Counted from the stretch's first letter, positions 50,401-57,986 are shown. The stretch: DNA of 61,109 nucleotides from a virus (IMGVR_UViG_3300005608_000006:1-61109); one strand, 5' to 3'. The notes: generated from the letters alone by a model not told the origin. A program made the numbers and translations.

Positions 50401-53400
50401 ACTGTTTCACCAACAATCTGCGAAACACGGGCAGAAACACCAGTTCCATCAGTATCAGTGTTGTCAAAGACTAAACGGTCATTTACCTGATAAGATATAC
50501 CTGGATTCTCAATAGTAAATCCAGTTACAGACGCATCTTCAAATTTAGTGATAGTTTCAACTTCAATATCAACTTTTGAGTCAAATTTAACTTTAGGGAA
50601 GTAATCAAAAAGTTGTAAAGGTGATTCTTCAAAGATTTGATCTGGATCGTCAATCTCTACTTGATCAATCACACCACTTCTATCTTCGTCTTCTATCTCA
50701 AATAGGAGTATATCACCATCTTCGGTAGTTAGAGCGTTTGTAGAGGCATTTGGTGCCCTCTCAACGTCAATATCAACGTTCTCATAAGGATCACGATATC
50801 TAACAACACCAGTAGGAATATTTTGTTGTGTTGCACCATCATTTAAGTTCCAAGTGTCAACAACAGAGTTGTAACTAGGACCTAAAACATATGGGAATAC
50901 TGCATTACCTTGTTCTGTATTATCAATAGTAACAAAGTAACAATATCTACCTGTTGGGAAGTCAGGTGTCTTACAGAAGCGACCATTGTATTGATCAAGG
51001 TCTCCTAAGTTAAAGACGTACTCATAATCTTCAACAAATTTACCTGCTGCCTCATCAGTTAACAGAGGACCTGCAGTTCTAACAGGATATGGGTTAGTAA
51101 TCGCATCAAATACTAAATTAGTCTTTAATTTATATGAAGTTCCCAATCTTTTGATCTGTGAACCTTGATCAGTAGGATCTGTGTAACCATAAGGACCGTA
51201 AATTGGGTTTCCATCAAATGCCCAACCAATAATAGGTGAGTGTGTTAAAGAATCATCTTGTTCTAGTGTTTGACCAACAGTATTACCAGTTTGACTGACA
51301 AATAAGTTATCTCCAAGAATAAATCTTAGTTTTTGTGGGTTTGAAAGGTGTGCATACTCTCCACCATACTGACTATTAAATCCTGTCTCAACAATACCTT
51401 TTGCAGAGTCAATAGTTGCAGTTTCTTGTAAGTTATATGTCCATTCAAATACGTTTGCTGTAAATAATGCATCTTGACCAACAGATGTAAGATTAATTAC
51501 TGTAGTTCCTTGAACATATCCGATACCTCTGTTAACAATCTCAATTCCTGTAACTCTACCTGCGTTTTCTCCATCTGTATCAATAGTTGCTCTAGCAACA
51601 GCACCAAAACCATCTCCTTGAATACCAATAGTAGGAGCAGTAGTATATCCAGTACCTGCAGATATGATCGCAATAGAAATGATACGTCCATTCTGAACGA
51701 TTGCTTGAGCCACCGCACCAGAACCAGAACTTAGAGTAACAGAAGGTGTAGTTATATACGATGCACCACCAGTATCAACAGATACGGACTGAATAGGACC
51801 ACGAACCTGTGCAGTCGCGGTAGCACCCGTTCCTCCACCACCAACAATAGTAATAGCGGGTTGAGAAGTATATCCTGTTCCTCCAGAGTTGATTAGTATT
51901 CTTGATACAACACCTTTTGTTATAATAGCAGTCGCAGCAGCACCAGAACCGCCTCCACCAACTATAGAAACAAGCGGAGATGATGTAAATCCAGATCCAC
52001 CAGCAGTTACGGTAACTTCACTAATAGAACCATTAACAACAACAGATGCAGTCGCACCAGTACCTCCACCACCAGTAATACTAATTACGGGAGGAGATGC
52101 AGCATCATATTCTTTACCTGCATTGGTAATAGCAACTGATGTTATAGCACCAAATGTTTTCTTAGTTGTAGACTTATAAGACCAAACTGAGACACCATTA
52201 ATCCAAGTTCCTACAGGACCTGCGTTAATTGTGTTCTTTGTTGATATAGTTGTAGCTGTGCGTGGGAACCTATTTAACTTACGTTGGTTGCCTGGTAATA
52301 GTGCGGAACCAGGAAATGGTCCTATGTTGTAGTTAGGAATACCAGTTGACGCGACATAAACGTAATTATCATTGAAGAATGAGTTTTGAACGTTAGTAGT
52401 ATACGGAGCAATGATATTATTAATTGCGGTTGTATCCGATTTACCTTTATTAAGGTCAACAGATACAAGAATATTACCTTGCGGAACAACTGACGCAGGT
52501 TGTGGTAATGAATATTGGAATACAGTTGTACTATCTCTAGATGTTACCGCAAAAGTTCCGTTATAGATTATTGGGTTCGCACCGTAGATAGTAACCTGAT
52601 CACCAACTAAAAGACCGTGTGGGTTAGAGCAAGTTACTGTAGCGGATTGATTGTTAACACCACCAAAGGTAATTGATGTAACTTCGATTAATTTTTTGAC
52701 ATTATATAACCAAGTATTCAATTCTGGACTTGTTGATGATCCACCTAACTTAGAGATTGTTAATTTATCGCCAGGTAAGTAGTAAGAACCTGTATCAGTA
52801 AGAGTTGTTTGTTGTGCATCAACAATACCAACAACGTTCATCACAACTTCCTGTGCAGTCCCCTTATTAATGAATACAGTAAAGTTTGAAGATACTTCCG
52901 TAGCAGAATCCCAGTCTTCTACGATACCGTTTACGGAACGAGTACACTCAATAAACTGGTTTAGTGATTTTTCCTTATATCTTACAACTTCCGTCCCACC
53001 AATTAGAAACTCTCCGTTTCTTTCTGGCCAACCGATTGTAGAGTCAACAGTAATAATACTATCTTCAGTTCCGAGTGGTTCTCCGAGTTTTGTTTTATAT
53101 GGAACAGTAAAACTACCTTGAATAGTTTCTTCTGAAAGAACTAATTCATAAATATCCGTTTCTGATGTTCTAATTGCAATATAGTTCTCTACAAGTGCAC
53201 TCGCTGCTAAAATATTTGGATCCGCAATATCTGCTTCTTGTTGTAATAGACCATCTTGAATATCAACGGGATTACCTCTTACTAATGTCGCACGGAGAAT
53301 CGTATCAATAGACCATGTTGCAGCAGATGGTTTGATAATTTGGTCTTTAGGGTAAGAAATACTAATTTGCTCACCATAAAGTAACTTAAACAAGTAAGCA

Positions 53401-55535
53401 ATACTAAAACTGGTTCCTTTACTTGAGTAAAAGTCCTTAATAGTTTTAATAGCGGTGCGAACGTTGATTTTCTTGTAATCAAGTTCTGGAACGTTAGGTA
53501 AGAACTGTTCAGTATACTTGTCTAGCAGTCTCTTTACAAATAAAGCATCAAGACACTTAATCTCAGTATTTACAGTCGCTGCAGCAGCAGAGGTGTTATT
53601 AGAGAATACTGCATTACCATCTTCACTATATTCAGTAATACCACTTGCAGCTCTAGCACATCCTGTAAACTGTGCTTTCTGATAGTTCGCACCTGTTAAG
53701 TTTACAGTGAATCCAGTAACTTCATTCAAACCAGTTTCCGCAGATGCTTTCGCTGTTGGAGGATCTTGAATAACAATCGTTGGAGGATTCGCGGAAGAAT
53801 AGTTAGATCCAAAGGTTGTTACGTTAATATCTGTAATTCTTCCGTTAAAGATTGATGCAGTTGCGGTAGCACCAGTTCCACCTGCGTAATTTCCTTGTGC
53901 ATCAGTTCTATTATCTACAATGAATACGGAAGGAACGTCTTCATATCCACTACCACCGTCTAATAAGTCAATATTTGTTACTCTACCGCTACCATCAACA
54001 GTAACGTCAAGCACTTGAGCACCAACAGGATCAATAATAGCAACTCTAGGAACAGAAGTGTATCCTTGACCTGCATTTACAATATTAAGTGCAGTAACTT
54101 GACCATTTGAGATAGTTGTAGTTATCGCTGCTTTAATAGGGTTAGTTCCAGTTGGTTCATCAACATAGACTGATGGTGCAGTCGCATATCCTTGTCCACC
54201 ATCAGTAACTGAGATAGTTCCACTTAAAGAACCATTTAATATCTGTACTGTGCCGATTGTAGCACCACCTGGTTGTCTAAAACTTATTCTAGGAGTAAAA
54301 GTATACCCACTACCAGAACTAAGCACCTCTAGACCGCTTACAGACCCGTTTGTGACCGTTGCACGAAGGGTTGCTTGTTTTGCTCCTGACTTGGTAGGTG
54401 CTTGAATTACAACAGTAGGAGGGTTGGTATCACTATAACCTAATCCACCCTCTAAAAGTTGAACATTCTTGATTCCATTTACAAGTGAAGTTGCAGATCC
54501 ACCACTACCAATACCTGATGGAGAGTTGATAGAAATTTGAGGAGGATATTCATATCTGTAACCTGATCCGTTCTCACTAACAGTAATACCACTTAATTGA
54601 CCTGAGTCATTTATTCTTGCATATCCTTTTGCACCTGCACCGAAAGAAGGAACTGGTGCTTCAATAGAGTACAGAGATAATATCCTACCATTGATAGGAG
54701 CAACTGTAAATATGAAGGTATTGCCATCAATAAAGAAATCTACCTTTGGAACTAAAACTTTATTATCATAAATTGCTATAACATACTCATCAACGATTGG
54801 TTCATATGGTGCACTTGTTCTAGTTAATGCAAATTCTGTTTTTCCGTCTCCAAAAGCACCAGAAATGTTGTCAAGTAAAACTATAGAGTTCTCAACGAAA
54901 CCATTAAGGTAAGTAACGTAAGTATTAACACTGTCATCAGAAGGAGTTCTTGTTCTTGGTGCAGTTGTAAATTGTATATTAGTTCCGTCAACAGTATAAT
55001 CTACATTTGGTATCAGAACCTCTCCATATACAGACACTTGAAGGTGTTGTGCTGAAGGAGGACCTATTGGATTGTCTTGAGATGTTAATTGAAATATTGT
55101 GGTCGTTCCGTCGAAGGAGTCTATCAAATTTTTCAATCCAATAAACTTAAGTTTTACTTCTTCATAAGAAACACCAGGACTAAGTGAGATATTAGGTGAG
55201 TCAGTTGTAGATTCGTAGTATATTACTTCATCGCCAATTAATATTGATCCATTATTGTCTAAAAAGGAATCTACACTCTCAACAACGATTCTATCTGATG
55301 ATGCAGTGATTGATTCTACTAAAGTTGTCTTACCATCTAATATTCCAATGTCTAATTTATCAATATCAAGGTATTGGAGGAAATTATTAAGGATATTTTG
55401 TCCCAATCCAGTTTTTTCCTGAGATTTGTAGTAATACTCAAGAAATTTTGTGAAAAGAGGGTATTCCCCTTTTATAAAATCGGGTGATTGGGATCCAATC
55501 GCCTGCGATACCTTGTTAATCTTGCTAGATGTCAT
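35415..55535 (-). CDS. gp7: Giant gp7-like baseplate wedge initiator (6706 aa), multidomain
   Basis: Follows gp6. Motifs PDFIKGEYPLFTKFLEYYYKSQE, IKDFYSSKGT...LFKLLYG and IQDSYYYQDFSYAIKS...VHPASFKVFG. Inserted YHYH-like, beta-propeller-like, two LamG-like and helical phycobiliprotein-like domains. Confidence 0.85.
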   Translation of the reverse strand: MTSSKINKVSQAIGSQSPDFIKGEYPLFTKFLEYYYKSQEKTGLGQNILNNFLQYLDIDKLDIGILDGKTTLVESITASSDRIVVESVDSFLDNNGSILIGDEVIYYESTTDSPNISLSPGVSYEEVKLKFIGLKNLIDSFDGTTTIFQLTSQDNPIGPPSAQHLQVSVYGEVLIPNVDYTVDGTNIQFTTAPRTRTPSDDSVNTYVTYLNGFVENSIVLLDNISGAFGDGKTEFALTRTSAPYEPIVDEYVIAIYDNKVLVPKVDFFIDGNTFIFTVAPINGRILSLYSIEAPVPSFGAGAKGYARINDSGQLSGITVSENGSGYRYEYPPQISINSPSGIGSGGSATSLVNGIKNVQLLEGGLGYSDTNPPTVVIQAPTKSGAKQATLRATVTNGSVSGLEVLSSGSGYTFTPRISFRQPGGATIGTVQILNGSLSGTISVTDGGQGYATAPSVYVDEPTGTNPIKAAITTTISNGQVTALNIVNAGQGYTSVPRVAIIDPVGAQVLDVTVDGSGRVTNIDLLDGGSGYEDVPSVFIVDNRTDAQGNYAGGTGATATASIFNGRITDINVTTFGSNYSSANPPTIVIQDPPTAKASAETGLNEVTGFTVNLTGANYQKAQFTGCARAASGITEYSEDGNAVFSNNTSAAAATVNTEIKCLDALFVKRLLDKYTEQFLPNVPELDYKKINVRTAIKTIKDFYSSKGTSFSIAYLFKLLYGEQISISYPKDQIIKPSAATWSIDTILRATLVRGNPVDIQDGLLQQEADIADPNILAASALVENYIAIRTSETDIYELVLSEETIQGSFTVPYKTKLGEPLGTEDSIITVDSTIGWPERNGEFLIGGTEVVRYKEKSLNQFIECTRSVNGIVEDWDSATEVSSNFTVFINKGTAQEVVMNVVGIVDAQQTTLTDTGSYYLPGDKLTISKLGGSSTSPELNTWLYNVKKLIEVTSITFGGVNNQSATVTCSNPHGLLVGDQVTIYGANPIIYNGTFAVTSRDSTTVFQYSLPQPASVVPQGNILVSVDLNKGKSDTTAINNIIAPYTTNVQNSFFNDNYVYVASTGIPNYNIGPFPGSALLPGNQRKLNRFPRTATTISTKNTINAGPVGTWINGVSVWSYKSTTKKTFGAITSVAITNAGKEYDAASPPVISITGGGGTGATASVVVNGSISEVTVTAGGSGFTSSPLVSIVGGGGSGAAATAIITKGVVSRILINSGGTGYTSQPAITIVGGGGTGATATAQVRGPIQSVSVDTGGASYITTPSVTLSSGSGAVAQAIVQNGRIISIAIISAGTGYTTAPTIGIQGDGFGAVARATIDTDGENAGRVTGIEIVNRGIGYVQGTTVINLTSVGQDALFTANVFEWTYNLQETATIDSAKGIVETGFNSQYGGEYAHLSNPQKLRFILGDNLFVSQTGNTVGQTLEQDDSLTHSPIIGWAFDGNPIYGPYGYTDPTDQGSQIKRLGTSYKLKTNLVFDAITNPYPVRTAGPLLTDEAAGKFVEDYEYVFNLGDLDQYNGRFCKTPDFPTGRYCYFVTIDNTEQGNAVFPYVLGPSYNSVVDTWNLNDGATQQNIPTGVVRYRDPYENVDIDVERAPNASTNALTTEDGDILLFEIEDEDRSGVIDQVEIDDPDQIFEESPLQLFDYFPKVKFDSKVDIEVETITKFEDASVTGFTIENPGISYQVNDRLVFDNTDTDGTGVSARVSQIVGETVSTYGFENVSGNNIGVLKTDSPHNLQVGDQVTVAYSPLMSSTNKTFVVRQIKGIEEIVITQNGSGYNTDIPPVITIDGDGSSGSLEAVVTSVGSISSVNIVNSGSGYTVNPRVIISHPQIFKKADYFVSLVENQNNVVINDVFVNDDKETFICGKTKDASGNDIGFIAKLSATGLKEWEKTVESNTGTNYTENIKLAVDGNDIWVVGEIKPNASILDAYNPDVYLLKYTQAANGLSAAITYQKAYAGISGSTRSDKITSVMKYSSTRVVIGGYTNTNSTNPYDAFIGVVDTTGSFVTKRKIASSANSEKLTSLAKINDDIYFTLEISSTVSEADTNVAFGKATLGTASITIDWVNIYTNALYSMINSSMVVDDFNEAYISATCQLKSDDTTQDSFWVAKVNTSGTLLWNYRYLVTGGSINLAPRSSIDIFGDLNLAFTKSATSNLLKTVDTVKLGYDGKIKNQTTNEFNVNNIEGITVQSLTSDNSGDVYAFGQTSWNRNEFIFPFTAGSNVDTTGHYTLTSTSTSNSITYADNVAKIYGYQTGQTSWTQANLQITSAQLGTKLTGDWTFEMMVYKDSTATSLSQTQHTLLAIGDASVATGGLWLYYDVSSGRLELVVTNSSTALNSAGSALQSTLTNMFADNTWQFIGLKKEGNQYTGYVNGLQVFTGSVTSTSLGSKDLYIGQIPGRSGVAGNFRSNEQGTFFVDNVRLRNRAVTPTVPSDVTAYPTTGAFALAYSWTDTAWFTTNQNKYDYVVHNGFGLKVDKDAAATRLGTTAAQTNTSVGFARTAVTPVTGSALTMTTAGMVFAEAGFQNLDFDDATIALGQDTEPLTYKQDVWGSRTATIPSPGSQKLIATATVKDKYYFKVSPTIKIDNVQELTINQSFTFTVGSKLVLNNGSSFVNSGYIISTDTVNNKVYLAVNNNAWSNDLNLGLLSTAQFSEQSTYGIVGPIPADVNEIKGFSFPQINNTTPGTFDIDLNSYNHPEGGSNNLDELAKFKPYSDDDYSVRIDEVSGSSSYIVGSVININSGDISFNTAYTTTQITNLTGVLKITLVANLSKTLQATAVANSDLVYVITGTRHYLSVGEMIFVDGNPSQESGGVTYDEYDGAFAVNTIVSPLEFTYKLPSAALTSPATSAGSVSVFVKSPVLKMYYGHQYLFDVSHSSLAGGNLSFSKDNLNKLEYSFNSIERVGTPGITGQGVPTPTVKLKVDRNVVTNISYYFDPSRTGDTSPITTGSYLDVTDSPYLGTFTIQGISGATITRGADVIRFPLENEPEGSATVAQASYTTSSVRAVGSIGGVRIVNPGGFYTRLPVVTGIQSTRQIERIQINAPGTEYAVGTYNSVPIAGDGEGGFVQITVADGTDSEGVSIPGQIQSVLVTSPGKGYTTASIDIESISGILGSGLTGSGAELVVVIPPFGSGASIFTKGDKVGKIKKLKNNNFGYDYPHDYTLRPEITFPINAQLTSTSILESITVTDPGSGYSQPPTVVITGGGGSGATAEATIKNGRLDQIAVKDPGSGYSSTPTINLRSSFNYVINVDLGLLQFAFPHGIPNGAAVNLNVVDTGEGTEFPLASGATGRLNSTNTYYAIAGAGNSLENDQLKLAITAANAALGDALTFVNAGTGRQQVLTESFGGGATANVVTSTFLEGELVYQGDTFETATAQGYVSTNSGWQVGPRVLKVVDYTGDFIEGQKLTGVISKSSGIISDLNIAKGVLEIGSITQTTGQFIDDIGKPSEIIQKIQDSYYYQDFSYAIKSAVSIDEWKEILIKNVHPASFKVFGELNLSDYGFVPNKETDFQLTKSVELAQEAIVPNIQNFSLVEPIYSEFNNTEVLFRQKRLTSSENILTSVVQRLDDISTLFDGIRTQFPLTILGDNIVANANQLLIIINGVVQTPDVSFELQGDSIVFAEPPQPPASVKYVNIQIQNIPQSTFTFTNISGIFPNVGNEVVGSQSAARMTVTLVVGNNIEGFVTQGTFVAGELVNVSATGFNANLGTITPITNLGLFVFGENVTNFQNDNAKVEAINLDKGQETPLGQLRYSIGPSTQTIDIIAVGSQNAEAAPPTGTFVATKNYQFGSEIVTCTNVTESNNFHTITVTRGQLGTTAISHLEDLPVYGTEINVTNNLTLSKTAGTYQSTPGLYDIQLNEVIIGAQSRVVARVTATAAYQDPTTNEFIGQVNISDGSSFSGLLFNRITSQTYPNVVLDNISESQINIVDFTDNSTAFDSKFPANEIVSTNIIPYDNESGTFTDGEYVRNYKLEYGNNSGEFLLEDSFVRKISFTNPVGAGFFQAGQVIRTTDTKAEVVGYNQARKTVYVGKIGRSQSTGQDYHTATFTNSAQIDRSTKKFGISSLLVGKAKTTHTFSSGVTDAITAGGGASGSFTAQSGTTYNPNTGVMVITIGTHGLTTSNTITIADNGIVFTCTADNNTTTHAYPRATDPASGANLSITAVTGTTITVNVGAASSTSDYITVPSSAEFAFGTGAYTLECWIKPSESSLEGTKTIFDMRASTANEVAARLYLQAGQVRYNVNNSDLVTSGSTVLNNDVWYHIAIKRTGTTATIFIGGVAAGTGTDSSNYAAKPFRVGADYANANGIAGHIDEVRISVVDRYPTAPFTPRNGIFQGDNDTKLLFHFEGVDQATYTDDWSGGESFTFGEEFSNDALLETSRLTGTPAGFANKSHRYYDAANLIANNSDFIKKEVVYQMKQRYPELVILGTRFTPTGATYNAASGELSLTVANNTFTNGGQITPVTATYNAATGAMVITSYDHIVKNGQKVNIKVGGISFTCTQDGNGSIHAYPRSTDPAAGKWLTVSNVTQNTFEVNVGASQAGQQYAHTFSSAITNAITIQKDRIKILDNALTFTCEMDGNTSNKTYPRATDPASKQVALPIISSTTTNITVNVGPSPLVNFQPTNATYDPATGAFVMTIANHTINVGTQIRLTADSFTFTCTQDGNSAQKTYPRATAGDGSPDPAYNTALDVTAVGTTTQDISSASYVPTSGVLTVNTSSAHGLSTGNRIQIADNSLTFTCAYDSNATNHTYPRQTDPIRGEWVEVTVVDSDTFTIDIGTSSDTSTHSFVSATAGALIKQTGTVTINVGVSAQADQYAHTFVSAAANAVVTGGNYVHTFVSAVANSVISDTPLNCEDDIRDTLNAIVQDLRNGSNNHIWDAASYYVDRTTNPVQIAQIEPAVKETLFAYEKVDDMLQYIITNTLWTIQGDHGLTQTTDARITDSTTASLTSFTPTGATYNAATGDLVLTIGTHSLTTSSRVKIATGGVTFTCTKDGNESQHSYPRVGDPAENAVLAVTAVVANTSITVNVGASGVNDQYTHSFVSALTNAVTELDYSTADCADVFTTIGNLIDILTDTITQASASTPVDHLASVTKVSPAYEYLGATVDAYLQTPFAVDYHSSGDDEIYTNQVDTDARGRYRDAASLIRLNRGAIVDKAAYDMLTRYPALAQDMPRNQSGGSTDGTLRCKTDLGLILDGLATDVEQGGNLETTTAAKFYVDNKGELLHIRLQVWQSVYAHERLAFYAKQAITGDLTADNTDNLIVGDWGITDDAVQQFTATGATYDPATGLIVATIGSHTLNVGVLINIADNSLTFTCTQDGNGSNHSYPRSTDPASGANLPILATTSTTITFNVGVSSASDQYAHTFVSATTNGISTVGQCANVKAAIDTLVTTINDIIAPTGLDFNTGGDRFYFNREYIREEATSLTQAFFTYDLNGTPFQAFSYGNNLAARRQSLEDIMIGVISDLQTGGSNSTILAAQTFLDTNNVVLTVNEELTSWIYSLERVKLLAEKAIGNLLYTKGNSVTGSQYAAAYTDQEAFRDSITPTNINQVIWRMRELFDIAINIFSPGKLVARNASKNILYNLNYYKNELTNIVTTQFGTGSWQYNTFVDEMINNVIHDFVTTDVTDKQSAYEITLTSVTGSYVVGETAVSSGGGRATILEWDVEFSKLYVGSFNGSAFLAGDTIAGTNAGSGTVASGGVGTVFDWYNNVTNIEVIDSARQITSNVQGQVSTANLFPYPENFAAAGWVNNLVTTTVDQANGPDGTLTADALVPTAVAGQHFVYKNYLISAFETFDSGTVKFDSGSETFDTGNVGTAEDQQFTFSVFLKQNGTYGDNARVMISLDEGTSNKQQAFFDINLLTGAGGSIFQPQGGITVDASGVIPYGDGWFRAFITITFSFGFSEIRNQIFIDGSSSYTGDASSGLYAWGYKLNKGALDPYTAQSGELFYSDNEFNIKNFTLDRLEEFMFSALSGTLTSPSTNAGFFAYYDATAAATYNLSSVKRVIRNNFDIIRNQFLQDSYYTNLSTLNGITVPTPTYGTRTIPTGISGGLNNTDYFYGTQSDNYAEVEKLTLNEGKIVQIFKRMRIDGDITNGPFTMGETLAKQGDTSITGVVYGFHQDANYKYLDVQVTGGVWGITDIMVGAANSTSAQISAIENRIQINKLQGTFTNDIIFKGYTSGVTASPTGFLVQSGAVLRNTGGRLTIDTETFTGTFETTATLFPSASEIFTEVVKYDGLDVSVGDRINSAGHTRIGISIQGGVNTFQVGDKIHRVDSNFQNANVYGYITEVDLDNNYIYYKQVVGADFTIGQFVGAYGAANDPFNPIGYAQVSTVVQVAGAASGIIQDIETVGINKRLYLAEIKGTFSSRDGIIGPDNYKGSINTLVNLKARVKRSFRGFDGTQTNFKLTTANGTPYFPDPAGHMLIFINGVLQPPGATFAFTAFSDEIAFTEAPDLGAGFSGFYIGKLRQLDDISFEFDSLRQSFNLKRDDVFYSLTLTDGVQSTTIRPENNIIVSLNGVLQEPGVGFEIVGSRIIFSEIPRFGSTFVAFSYVGSEADVDAAEVVPPVEPGDFIDIQGETLDREVAVIESSNSLITFDYLGSVFGNKGQGTAVLTTGQIDKVQITSGGSGYTSRPTVRIDSISGFEGNIKALVGVAAVEISATGSGYQNPSVGVATSVPDDWTAPDLSQYGEELVDPETP
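39390..43320 (-). repeat. Seven dispersed or nested ~100-aa beta-modules (FTC..D.N...H/K.YPR..DP)
   Basis: Motif ATY(N/D)xATG...FTCxxDxN...YPRxxDPA...VNVG...HTFVSA occurs 7 times in the translation. Confidence 0.85.
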
Positions 55536-55539
55536 CTAA

Positions 55540-57567
55540 TTAAAAACAAGTAGATGTGTTTAATGAACCAGAGTTAGATATGTCCGAAACCGTGACTAAA
55601 GTTGGAGTTTGGTCAAATGTAGTTGGTGTCAAACTATTTAGAGGGATTGATGGAGGAGGAGTTGTTCCTACTGCAGCAACTGTAACTTCGGGAAGAACAA
55701 TATTTAAAATTGTACCAGGTGTAGAAGCACTTATACCACCTGAGTTTGCTGGAATGAACTGAACTGGTAATTGTAGTCCTGTTGGAAGTGCACCAGGATC
55801 CGAAACGCTTCCAGCACCTGTTGTGGAGTCTGTAATAGTCACTCCAGAGGATGCTATATTAGTTCCTGTGCCGATTAAGTTAATAGGACCAAAGCAAATC
55901 TCACCAGTCGAGTAATTTACTGTGCCTGCTTGACTACTTGTGTAAACTTTTCGTGTTCCAGTGTTATAAAATGTCTTTAAATTACCATATCCATCATCTT
56001 CAAACTGTTGATTAACGCCTGGTCGGTCTGCAGTCCTAAAAGTTCCTGATAAAAGCACTGGTTCCTTCACTCCATCAGTGGTTAAACTGGTTTTTGAAGG
56101 TGCAGAGTTGTAAAGTGACCCTCCAGTTGCTATACAATAGGTATTTGTTTGTCCAGTAGTCGGTTTTATGTATTTTAAGATGGTTGTTTGAAGCGAAACG
56201 TCTGTTACGCACTTATCAGCAAGGATAATTGCCTTCTCAAACGCTTGTGCTCTGAAAATTGAGTTGAAATTATTGATTTGTGTCTGTGTTGCCCACTGTG
56301 TAATAGCAGTTTGGACGTTTGTTTTGATTGATGAGGTGTCAGAACCGCATCCTGTATCATATTGTACAAAAACTTTGGGGTAAATGTAGATATCATCGGG
56401 ATCTATGACCACTGGATCGATAGATGCCATCGCATAGTTCCTTAAATCGTTCGCAATCGTCTTTTTAGTCTGGTCATTTAGTGATGAACCTGTTTTTGTC
56501 TTGACCGCAATGTAAACTTTTCCGTAAATAGGGGGTGTTAAGGAGTCTCCACCGTATGCAACAACGGAATCTGCGTTATCATAGACCTTTTTAGTCAAAA
56601 TAGCGTAGTCTTGAGCAGTTACAGCACGATATTGAGAGGAATAGAAACGCGGAGCATTGTATTTGATGCTCTCAACAGTCTCCGCAAGTGCACCAAGTTG
56701 TGATTTCTCCTTCATTTCGATAGTTGCACTCACTGCAGTATAGGTTACAGCAGAACTATCAACCATTCTACCTATAAAACTGAACCCTTCTACGTCATTT
56801 GCTGCAGGACCCTTAGTTACAAGGTACTCCATCTCGATAACTTCACCATCTTTAAGTGCTCTACCTACTGAATCATCACCAAAAGTGAGTTCATAACGCT
56901 GATCTTCACCTTCTGATAGGAAAAATACCCTAGATGTGGGTGTTAAGGAGGTTACTGTGTCTACAGCAGTGTATAAATCGGAGGTTGTAGATGATTCATT
57001 TGCCTTTACACGCACTGATAGAGTCGAAATATCAACATTCTCACTAGGAATCTTGTAAACTTGGTTCTCAAACGTGTTAACAACGTAAGAAAACTTAAGC
57101 ATTGTGCCTTCTCTGATGATAAAGTTATCAAAAACTGCCTTTCCAGTGATCGGATCGACCTCTGAAGTGGTATCACTTATGGAAACCCAGTTGTAAATGC
57201 CTCCAGTGAATGTGGTTCCCTTTCTGATAGTCGCATTACTAGGGTATGCACCACTTGATAACTGTGTTTGAAGAGTAATTTTCATACATGCTTTCGATGC
57301 AATGATCGAACGAGGCACATAATTAAGTAATTTTGCTATATTAACGATATTATCTCTCACTGTGGACGAAGGTAGGAACGCTTCGTTCATTGCCATATTA
57401 CCATTAAATGCTGTATAATAGGTATTATAAGCAAGAGTGTCTATTAAGTACGATAATGCACTTCCTTCAAAGTCATAATCAGAGAATTCACTACGAGTTC
57501 TGAGGTATGATTTGATAGATGCTTTAATATCATTAAAGTCTAGTGCTGTTAAATTGTTTGGTTGCAT
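55540..57567 (-). CDS. gp6: Baseplate wedge protein gp6
   Basis: LDFNDIKASIKSYLR, DYDFEGS, LAYNTYY, FGDDSVG and QYRAVTAQDY. Confidence 0.95.
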   Translation of the reverse strand: MQPNNLTALDFNDIKASIKSYLRTRSEFSDYDFEGSALSYLIDTLAYNTYYTAFNGNMAMNEAFLPSSTVRDNIVNIAKLLNYVPRSIIASKACMKITLQTQLSSGAYPSNATIRKGTTFTGGIYNWVSISDTTSEVDPITGKAVFDNFIIREGTMLKFSYVVNTFENQVYKIPSENVDISTLSVRVKANESSTTSDLYTAVDTVTSLTPTSRVFFLSEGEDQRYELTFGDDSVGRALKDGEVIEMEYLVTKGPAANDVEGFSFIGRMVDSSAVTYTAVSATIEMKEKSQLGALAETVESIKYNAPRFYSSQYRAVTAQDYAILTKKVYDNADSVVAYGGDSLTPPIYGKVYIAVKTKTGSSLNDQTKKTIANDLRNYAMASIDPVVIDPDDIYIYPKVFVQYDTGCGSDTSSIKTNVQTAITQWATQTQINNFNSIFRAQAFEKAIILADKCVTDVSLQTTILKYIKPTTGQTNTYCIATGGSLYNSAPSKTSLTTDGVKEPVLLSGTFRTADRPGVNQQFEDDGYGNLKTFYNTGTRKVYTSSQAGTVNYSTGEICFGPINLIGTGTNIASSGVTITDSTTGAGSVSDPGALPTGLQLPVQFIPANSGGISASTPGTILNIVLPEVTVAAVGTTPPPSIPLNSLTPTTFDQTPTLVTVSDISNSGSLNTSTCF

Positions 57568-57986
57568 TATACAGGTCTCTGTAATACGAAGGTTATTTGT
57601 TCAACCAGTGGAATACCGACAATACGATACTCTACTTCGACTTGAAATCCGTTCTTCTCGGAATCGACTTCTACATCGACTCTTACTAAGCTCACTCTAT
57701 CTTCATTACCATTAATAGTATTTATTATCTCATCTTGGATTGTCTCAGCAGTAAAGTCATCTAGTGGTTCAAAGAGTAGGTTATACACTTCAGAACCCAT
57801 TTCGGGTTGAAAATGCTTTTCACCTGGTCGAGTTAAGACAAGATTCTTGATTGCTTGTTTAATTGCCATCTCGTTCTTGACTACTGCTGTATCTTTTGTT
57901 ACAGGATTCTTCGCAAACGAAATATTCACGTCCTTAAAAGAACGCGAGATATTAAACTCGTCAGGTCCAATCTTCTTTAAAACCAT
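57567..57986 (-). CDS. gp25: Baseplate wedge protein gp25
   Basis: AIKQAIKNLVLTRPGEKHFQPEMGS..LLFEP; precedes gp6. Confidence 0.93.
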   Translation of the reverse strand: MVLKKIGPDEFNISRSFKDVNISFAKNPVTKDTAVVKNEMAIKQAIKNLVLTRPGEKHFQPEMGSEVYNLLFEPLDDFTAETIQDEIINTINGNEDRVSLVRVDVEVDSEKNGFQVEVEYRIVGIPLVEQITFVLQRPV

